The position numbers and the translations under genes were made by a program. Shown here piece by piece: positions 21,607 to 29,253 of a DNA stretch of 29,253 nt (position 1 is its first letter; each line of letters starts with the position of its first letter). The stretch covers positions 1-29,253 of the forward strand of contig NW_021832919.1 in NCBI RefSeq assembly GCF_006345805.1, given 5' to 3'. The notes under the pieces are model-generated. The model saw only the letters and a program-made list of their open reading frames with translations. It did no database searches and had not been told where the DNA came from. Source of the DNA: Octopus sinensis. Taxonomy: Eukaryota.

Positions 21607-22123
21607 GAAAGACCTTTGTTAATCTTAATATTTAGAAATAAAAGATGTATTTTTAAAAAATCGTAATATTTATGGAATGAACCAATATTTATAAAATATA
21701 ATTTAACACGAAATTATATATATATAATTTAATATCACATCTGTCATGAATACTGCTGGTAACATTTCATCTCGAATATACTGTTGCATTGTGTCGGGTC
21801 GTCCGTCGTTCGCTCAACCGCTGCCCCAACTAGTCTAGCTTGTTCAGGAAGTTTGCTAGAAACCCGGCAGTAAGCTTGTCACCATATCAACAGAGCAGAT
21901 TGCCCTGCTTGAAGTCAACAGCTATCTAACAATAAACCCATTGTCACACACACAAAAAAAGACAAAAGAAAAACTGTTGACACCCAGAACAAGCGCGCTC
22001 TAAAACGATTGGACATGAGAGGGGCACTTGTGCTTTCTTCTCATTCTATGATACAAGCTTCCTGTTTTTAAGTAACTTAAAACCCTCCACGAAAATTTCA
22101 TGTAAAATTATATTATATAAATA

Positions 22124-22343
22124 TTGGTTCATTCCATAAATAACACGATTTTTTAAAATACATCTTTTATTTCTAAATATTAAGATTTAACAAAGGTTTT
22201 TCTTAATCTAAAATATACTCTCCTTCATTTTCTACAATGCTGTTCCATCTACCTGCTAGACTTGCAAGGCCCCTCTTCCAAAATTCACTTGTCCATGTCG
22301 GAAAATATTCCCCCAGTACTGTTCTGACATCGTCTACAGAATT
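22124..22343 (-). mobile_element. Second, inverted copy of the mariner 3' end
   Basis: Reverse complement of about 21468-21685 with scattered substitutions; reads gaaaatgaaggagag where copy 1 has a stop. Confidence 0.9.
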
Positions 22344-22354
22344 ATATATATATA

Positions 22355-22742
<388 letters not shown>

Positions 22743-22760
22743 TATATATATATATATATA

Positions 22761-23610
22761 TAGGCATACCTCGGTTTAAGTGGTTCTCGATTTTATGTCA
22801 GTTTTCAAAAATAGTATATGAAAAAATAAAAATCAAGTGAAGTCATTTTTCTTGACTTTACGTCTGTCCGCCACAAATATTGGAATCGTAAAATCCCTAG
22901 AAAACCTTTAAAAGCACATTAAATCATGTTACTGTACAATAAATAAGAATAAAATCATATTAAAAGGAGGCGTATAGTAAATGTTAAGATACACACCATA
23001 AAGTAGTGTAGCCTTGTGAACGAAATCATGAAATTAGCAGTGTTGTCTCATTTATCGGTCTTTCGGTGCTCATATTGCACTAGTTCCAATATCTACCGTT
23101 AGGTGTCCTTGTCACTCGTGATTCCCGCGATTGTTTTGAATTCAGGTTTGTTTACGTCTGTTTATCGGCTACTTTCTCATTCTCATTTATTTGTGTTTTT
23201 ATTTTTTGCCCCTATGGCCCCTAAGAAAATTTGTAGGGAAAGAGCTAAGCAGCATGCTATAACACTGGAAGATAAACTGGCTGTGATAAAACGCTATGAA
23301 AAAGGTGAAAAAGTGGTAGAAATTGCACGATCTTTTGGGATGAGTCGGACAACTGTATCGACAATTGTACATAATAAGAACAAGGTTTTAGCACATATTA
23401 AATCTGATGCCCTGGGGATGAAGAACACTGCCATCAATGAGAAAAGAGGCAAAATCTTTGAAGAAATGGTAAGTCTTCTTTCTCTTAGGATTGTTAGGTT
23501 GAATCGTCAATGTGCTACTATAGTCAAGAAACCATTCAAGAGAAAGCGTTGTCTTTGTTTGAGGACCTGAAGAAAAAATATCTAGATAAGAAAGATGTAG
23601 AGCTCAAGGC
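22761..23610 (+). mobile_element. 5' portion of a Tigger/pogo transposon with truncated transposase (ATG 23214)
   Basis: taggcatacctcg matches the Tigger terminus CAGGCATACCTCG and follows TA. MAPKK...ITLEDKLAVIKRYEKGEKVVEIARSFGMSRTTVSTIVHNK is a CENP-B/psq-type HTH, then a frameshift to SQETIQEKALSLFEDLKKKY. Confidence 0.88.
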
Positions 23611-23674
23611 AAGTCAGACAAACTAGAACAAGCGTTACCTCTGATGATGGCCAGATAGATGCCAATACGTACGT

Positions 23675-24707
23675 TTGAAGTTGCAGAAATTGAAGAAAAA
23701 CAACAACAAATATCTTACAAACTATAGAATTTTCTCAATAAAGCCAAGAGAAAAAGATGTTTTATAAACACATTCTACCAGTAAAGGAAGTTTCAAATTT
23801 TTTAGTTACCTAGAAATTATGTTAAAAACTGCCATTCAAACCGAAAAGATCCTGTTTTTTTTTTTACCTCAATAGATGTCATTGATTGGTTGAAATTGCA
23901 GAAATTGAAGAAGAAAAACAACAAATATCTTACAAACTATAGAATTTTCTCAATAAAGCCAAGAGAAAAAGATGTTTTATAAACACATTCTACCAGTAAA
24001 GGAAGTTTCAAATTTTTTAGTTACCTAGAAATTATGTTAAAAACTGCCATTCAAACCGAAAAGATCCTGTTTTTTTTTTTACCTCAATAGATGTCATTGA
24101 TTGGTTGAAATTGCAGAAATTGAAGAAGAAAAACAACAAATATCTTACAAACTATAGAATTTTCTCAATAAAGCCAAGAGAAAAAGATGTTTTTATAAAC
24201 ACATTCTACCAGTAAAGGAAGTTTCAAATTTTTTAGTTACCTAGAAATATGTTAAAAACTGCCATTCAAACCGAAAAGATCCTGTTTTTTTTTTTACCTC
24301 ATAGATGTCATTGATTGGTTGAAATTGCAGAAATTGAAGAAGAAAAACAACAAATATCTTACAAACTATAGAATTTTCTCAATAAAGCCAAGAGAAAAAG
24401 ATGTTTTATAAACACATTCTACCAGTAAAGAAGTTTCAAATTTTTTAGTTCCTAGAAATTATGTTAAAAACTGCATTCAAACGCGAAAGAGATCCTGTTT
24501 TTTTTTTTACCCAATAGATGTCATTGATTGGTTGAAATTGCAGAAATTGAAGAAGAAAAACAACAATATCTTACAACTATAGAATTTTCTCAATAAAGCC
24601 AAGAGAAAAAGATGTTTTATAAACACATTCTACCAGTAAAGGAAGTTTCAAATTTTTTAGTTACCTAGAAATTATGTTAAAAACTGCCGTTCAAACCGAA
24701 AAGATCC
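23675..24707 (+). repeat. Five tandem ~214-bp units derived from one half of the Merlin-like MITE
   Basis: gattggttgaaattgcag at 23884, 24099, 24313 and 24526. Each unit ends in the TIR aaaactgcc(a/g)ttcaaaccgaaaagatcc. Confidence 0.95.
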
Positions 24708-25042
24708 CATAAACCTTCTTCCACGAAAAGATAGCTTAAACTGTGCTCTTGTGCTCTAAATGGAGGTGTAGTTAAAACCTATTTTATGGACTCAACCATG
24801 TCCTAAAATAAGTCGAAAGGTAAGCTACTATAAATCGGCACGAATTTTCCGGACAACCCAATACCAAATTTGGAAACAATTGGAAGAAAATTGAAGACAG
24901 TGAAGATAACCACAAAGATCCTTGAATGAGTCTGGAAATCCATCAGATTAAAATTGATCCCCAAAATATTTCAAGCGGTGCTCCAGCATGGTCGCAGCCA
25001 AATGACGGAGATAAATGAAAGAATATATGTGCGGGTGCCTGC

Positions 25043-25083
<41 letters not shown>

Positions 25084-25091
25084 TTTGCATG

Positions 25092-25505
25092 TACTCTTTA
25101 CTCTTTTACTTGTTTCAGTCATTTTGACTGTGGCCATGCTGGAGCACCGCCTTTAGTCGAGCAAATCGACCCCGGGACTTATTCTTTCGTAAGCCCAGTA
25201 CTTATCCTATCGGTCGCTTTTGCCGAACCGCTAAGTGACGGGGACGTAAGCACACCAGCATCGGTTGTCAAGCAATGCTAGAGGGACAAACACAGACATA
25301 CAAACATATACACACACATACATATAAATATATATATACATATATACGACAGGCTTCTTTCAGTTTCCATCTACCAAATCCACTCACAAGGCTTTGGTCG
25401 ACCCGAGGCTATAGCAGAAGACACTTGCCCAAGATGCCACGCAGTGGGACAGAACCCGGAACCATGTGGTTGGTAAGCAAGCTACTTACCACACAGCCAC
25501 TCCTG
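25092..25505 (-). mobile_element. SINE A+B, full length
   Basis: Reverse complement of the standard architecture. Confidence 0.92.
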
Positions 25506-25920
25506 AGCGAATCGCTTCCTAAATTCTTATCCAGGATTCGAGACTTTATTCTAGATTTTTCTACGAGTCCCTTCCTATTGTTCTCGTCTTTTGCACTAAG
25601 GAATTTATTAGAATTACCTGTTAACCTGTCGCAGTTTAGTGTGAAACATAGTTCAAAGCAGACGACAGATGAAAAAACCCTTTGTTTAGCTTGACCTACT
25701 TTAAGGAAGAAAATTAGGTGAGACCAAGACCCAAATTCAATTCTACCTTTTTTTTTTAATCGAGGCCCCTTGCTGGGCGAGTGTCGCTTCGTTTCTGCCT
25801 TCACTGAGATCTCGTCACACAACTTTCACCCTCTCTACCTGTCGACTTATCTCTCCTTCTTCCATCTTGCCAATGAACTTTATCTGACCTTTCTACAACG
25901 ACTCAAAAAGGTCGTTTCCT

Positions 25921-26323
25921 ATATTCTCTTTTTTACTTGTTTCAGTCGTTTGACTGCGGCCATGCTGCAGCACCGACTTTAATCGAGCAAATCGACCCCG
26001 GGATTTATTCTTTGTAAGCCTAGTACTTATTCTATCGGTGTCTTTTGCCGAACCGCTAAGTGACGGGGACATAAACACATCAGCATCGGTTGTCAAGCAA
26101 TGCTAGAGCGTCAAACACACACACACACACATACATATAAATATATATATACATATATACGACGGGCTTCTTTCAGTTTCCGTCTACCAAATCCACTCAC
26201 AAGGCTTTGGTTGACCCGGGGCTATAGCAGAATACACTTGCCCAAGGTGCCACGCAGTGGGACTGAACCCGGAACCATGTGGTTGGTAAGCAAGCTACTT
26301 ACCACACAGTCACTCCTGCGCCT
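25921..26323 (-). mobile_element. SINE A+B, full length
   Basis: Ends cactcctgcgcct; a short extra head-A fragment follows at 26412-26455. Confidence 0.92.
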
Positions 26324-26494
26324 ATTGCAAAATAAAGGCAATTTCCTGTTACTTATTAGGTAAATATAACCGTCACATACACTTGCGCACACGCTCACAC
26401 ACAACATATACAGTGGGCTTCTTTCAGTTTCCGTATATCAAATCCACTCACAAGGGTGGTTCTTAACCATTTTTTTACCTGTGGAACTCCTTTG

Positions 26495-26935
26495 GGATCT
26501 TTTCGGTTTGAACGGCAGTTTTTTCTAGCGATGTCATATGAAATTGTCACCCATAATTATGACCCTAGTATCGATCTATTGCATTTCAATCTTTTTTAGA
26601 TTTAGGGTTAGTTAGGGTTATGGTTAGGGTTAGGGGTGAGGGGAAGGGTATCTTTTTTTCTTCACAAATGTAAATAAACCCAATCTGTTTCTTAAACGAG
26701 GGAGATATTCATACGGCACAGAATGTTCTTTTTACCTCAATGGACGTCAGTGATTGGTTGAAATTGCAGAAATTGAAGGAAAAAAAACAACAAATATCTT
26801 ACAAACTATAGAATTTTCTCAATAAAGCCAAGAGAAAAGATGTTTTATAAACACATTCTACCAGTATACGAAGTTTAAATTTTTTTAGTTACCTAGAAAT
26901 TATGTTAAAAACTGCCGTTCAAACCGAAAAGATCC
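26495..26935 (+). mobile_element. Merlin-like MITE, longer copy with internal TTAGGG-like block
   Basis: Same TIRs as 19598-19976, opposite orientation; no clean TSD. Confidence 0.85.
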
Positions 26936-26942
26936 TGTTTTT

Positions 26943-27120
26943 GTCGAACAATTCGACTCCAGGACTTACTCTTAAGCCTAGTACTTATTGTTTTGGTCTC
27001 GAAAGGATGAAAGGCAAAGTCGACTTCGGCAGAATTTCAACTCAGAACGCAAAGACGAACAAAATTCCTCTAAGCCTTTTGCGTAGTGTGCTGACGTCTT
27101 TTACAGGCTCGCCGCCTTGG
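26943..27120 (-). mobile_element. Diverged SINE with head C joined to B-like central segment
   Basis: Minus strand reads aaggcggcgagc...gagttgaaattc...cctttcatcctttcgagacc then aataagtactaggcttaagagtaagtcctggagtcgaattgttcgac. Confidence 0.65.
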
Positions 27121-27278
27121 CAAAGATCCTAATATAAAATATCATAAATGTGTGTCTGCAAACAGATATTGGAATTCGGTAGGAAATACATGTACTGGCA
27201 TACAATCGACTTACGTCGCGAATTTGTTCCAAGACGTAACTCGAGAAACGACATAACGCCAAAAAGCAAAAAAAAATG

Positions 27279-27645
27279 TTTTACTCTTCTACTTGTTTCA
27301 GTCATTTGACTGTGGCCATGCTGGAGCACTGCCATTAGTCGAGGAAACAGACCCCAGGGCTTATTCTTTGGATGCCTAGTACTTATTCTATCGGGTCTCT
27401 TTCGCCGAACCGCTAAGTTACGGGGACGTAAACACACCAGTATTGGTTGTCAAGTGATGTTGGGGGCGGGACAAACACAGACACACAAACAAACATACAG
27501 ACAGACGCACACACACACAATCACACACACACACAACATCCACACAGACACACACACACACACACACACCACATTATATATAATATATATATCTTATATA
27601 TATATATATATCTTATATATCTATATCTATATATATATATATATA
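27279..27645 (-). mobile_element. Tail-B half (27279-27490) plus microsatellite
   Basis: Matches tail B; no head A beyond the microsatellite. Confidence 0.85.
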
Positions 27646-27646
27646 C

Positions 27647-28321
27647 GCGAGAAAGAAGCAACAAGAATGGATAGGTTTTTAGTACATCGTTTCATACAAG
27701 GACAGGCTTTATTAAAAGTTGCAAAAATTGCAGCATATAAACGTGTCCCGTACTCATCAGCTAAAATACATGTGAGTTCTCTAACATCCTAGTGGTTGAG
27801 GCTATACTCATGAAGTAATGTAGATAATTAAGTAACATAAAACAGATTTCAAAGTTCATTAAAGTTCTTTAAGATGATGTACAGTCTTATCACAGAATTT
27901 TTAAAAGGTTCTAATAGCATCACAGAGAAGGTGACCTAATCCATAGAGCACATATGAATTTCCAGAGATATGATGAGGGATTACATACTCACAGAAGACA
28001 AATTTATCCATTGTTAATCACAACGAGTGGGTCTCAATTCCTGCTTATTAGCATTCACATTTTTATCAAATTCTGTGATAAGACTGTACATCATCTTTAA
28101 GAACTTTAATGAACTTTAGAAATCTGTTTATGTTACTTAATTATCTACATTACTTCATGAGTATAGCCTCACCACTAGGATGTCTAGAGAACTCACATGT
28201 ATTTTAGCTGATGAGTACGGGACACGTTTATATGCTGCAATTTTTGCAACTTTTAATAAAGCCTGTCCTTGTTGAACGATTGGTACTAAAAACCTATCCA
28301 TTCTTGTTGCTTCTTTCTCGC
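27647..28321. repeat. Long inverted repeat: 254-bp arms, 167-bp spacer
   Basis: 27647-27900 is the reverse complement of 28068-28321; differences are mostly 1-bp indels. Confidence 0.95.
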
Positions 28322-28470
28322 TTATAATCACCCCACATTACTGTATGGTTAACAGTATAGTTTTTTTTTGTGCATCTATTAGGTACAATACCAAGTAAAT
28401 TCTTTAAATTAACTTGAATCTTTATTGCTTTTTATATATATTATATATATATATTATATATATATATATA

Positions 28471-28613
28471 TCACCGTCACCGTGATTGACCAGGCCATCA
28501 GATGTTGTTACACACATCGCTGGTCACAATGCGCCTCGCATTGTTTTAGGCTTCAAATGACGCCACCCGACCGCTGGCTAAGCGAGCAGGCCAATATATA
28601 TATATATATACAA

Positions 28614-28652
<39 letters not shown>

Positions 28653-28793
28653 TATATATATAACGACGGACTTCTATCATTTTCCGTCTACCAAATCCAC
28701 TCACAAGGGCTTTGGTCGGCCCGGGTGGCGGCCGAAGACACAACTTGCCCAAGGTGCCACGCAGTTGGGACTGAACCCGGAACCGTGGGGGTT
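28471..28793 (-). mobile_element. SINE head A + microsatellite + a different (non-B) tail
   Basis: Head A at 28660-28793 lacks its A box. Tail 28471-28593 reads tggcctgctcgcttagccagc...gtcaatcacggtgacggtga on the minus strand. Confidence 0.8.
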
Positions 28794-29003
28794 CGTCGCA
28801 GGTGAGCTGCAAGATGCAGGGAAAAGAGACTGAGAAATGTTGTGGCGAAAGAGTCAGCAGAAGTTTCGCCATTACCTTCTGCCGGAGCCGCGTGGAGCTT
28901 AAGTGTTTCGCTCATAAACACACACATCGCCCGGTCTGAGATTCGAACCCGCGATCCCTCAACAGCGAGTCCGCTGCTCTAACCACTAGGCCATGTGCCT
29001 CCA
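28794..29003 (-). mobile_element. SINE head D, fused upstream of head A
   Basis: tggaggcacatggcctagtggttagagcagcggactcgc...ggttcgaatc; homologous to 7267-7440, then diverges. Confidence 0.85.
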
Positions 29004-29184
29004 CATTTTCACACGTATTTTATTTGATTTTCCTCTTCAGTATTGGTTTTTAGAGGTTTTTAAAAACTTTTGTTTTTAAATATATTTGTTAAGACTGGCG
29101 TAAAGTCGTATAAATCAATTAAAGTTGAGGCTTATTTATCCATTAATTACTTAAAGAAAAAAAAAACAAACACGCAGATTCGTG

Positions 29185-29253
29185 AGGCGCAGGAGTTGCT
29201 GTGTGGTAAGTAGCTTGCTAACCAACCACATGGTTTCCGGGGTTCTTTCCCAC
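29185..29253 (+). mobile_element. SINE head A, cut by the window end
   Basis: aggcgcaggagttgctgtgtggtaagtagcttgctaaccaacc. Confidence 0.9.

Noticed and set aside
25506-25920. Possible L1/Tx1 coding remnant (RIRDF word)
   Set aside because: The match is limited to five residues, and the flanking translation does not continue the similarity in any frame I could read.
25275-26363. Recurring peptide RRASFSFRLPNPLTRLWS...GTEPGTMWLVSKLLTTQPL as a gene family
   Set aside because: It is the antisense translation of SINE head A and recurs wherever that SINE does.
28200-28235. ctgatgagtacgggacacg as a hammerhead ribozyme
   Set aside because: The GAAA half of the core is missing and helix II is mismatched.

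Overview
This is eukaryotic, repeat-saturated intergenic or intronic DNA. It is most likely from an octopus or related cephalopod, inferred from the tRNA-derived SINE families and the extreme (TA)n/(CA)n/(AAT)n load. I find no host gene, rRNA, true tRNA or CRISPR array. Most ORFs in the track are microsatellite or SINE translations. Real coding remnants are all transposon-derived: R4/Dong-type C-termini at 1-1.4 kb, a non-LTR RT fragment at 5.7-5.9 kb, an internally deleted Tc1 at 10.3-10.9 kb, an LTR+PBS+gag start at 13.3-13.7 kb, a mariner pseudogene plus an inverted partial copy at 20.6-22.3 kb, and a Tigger/pogo 5' end at 22.8-23.6 kb. Also present are a non-autonomous Helitron, Merlin-like MITEs, foldback elements, Penelope-like tails and roughly 25 SINE copies built from interchangeable head and tail modules (my labels: heads A, C, D; tail B). 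The most notable structure is that three unrelated mobile elements each form local tandem arrays: a Dong tail in (AAT)n, a 106-bp SINE B-box unit and a 214-bp MITE half. In addition, a SINE multimer junction recurs at separate loci, and several foldbacks start at (TA)n tracts, some of which look like long-read assembly artefacts. All family names come from motif recognition, not database searches.
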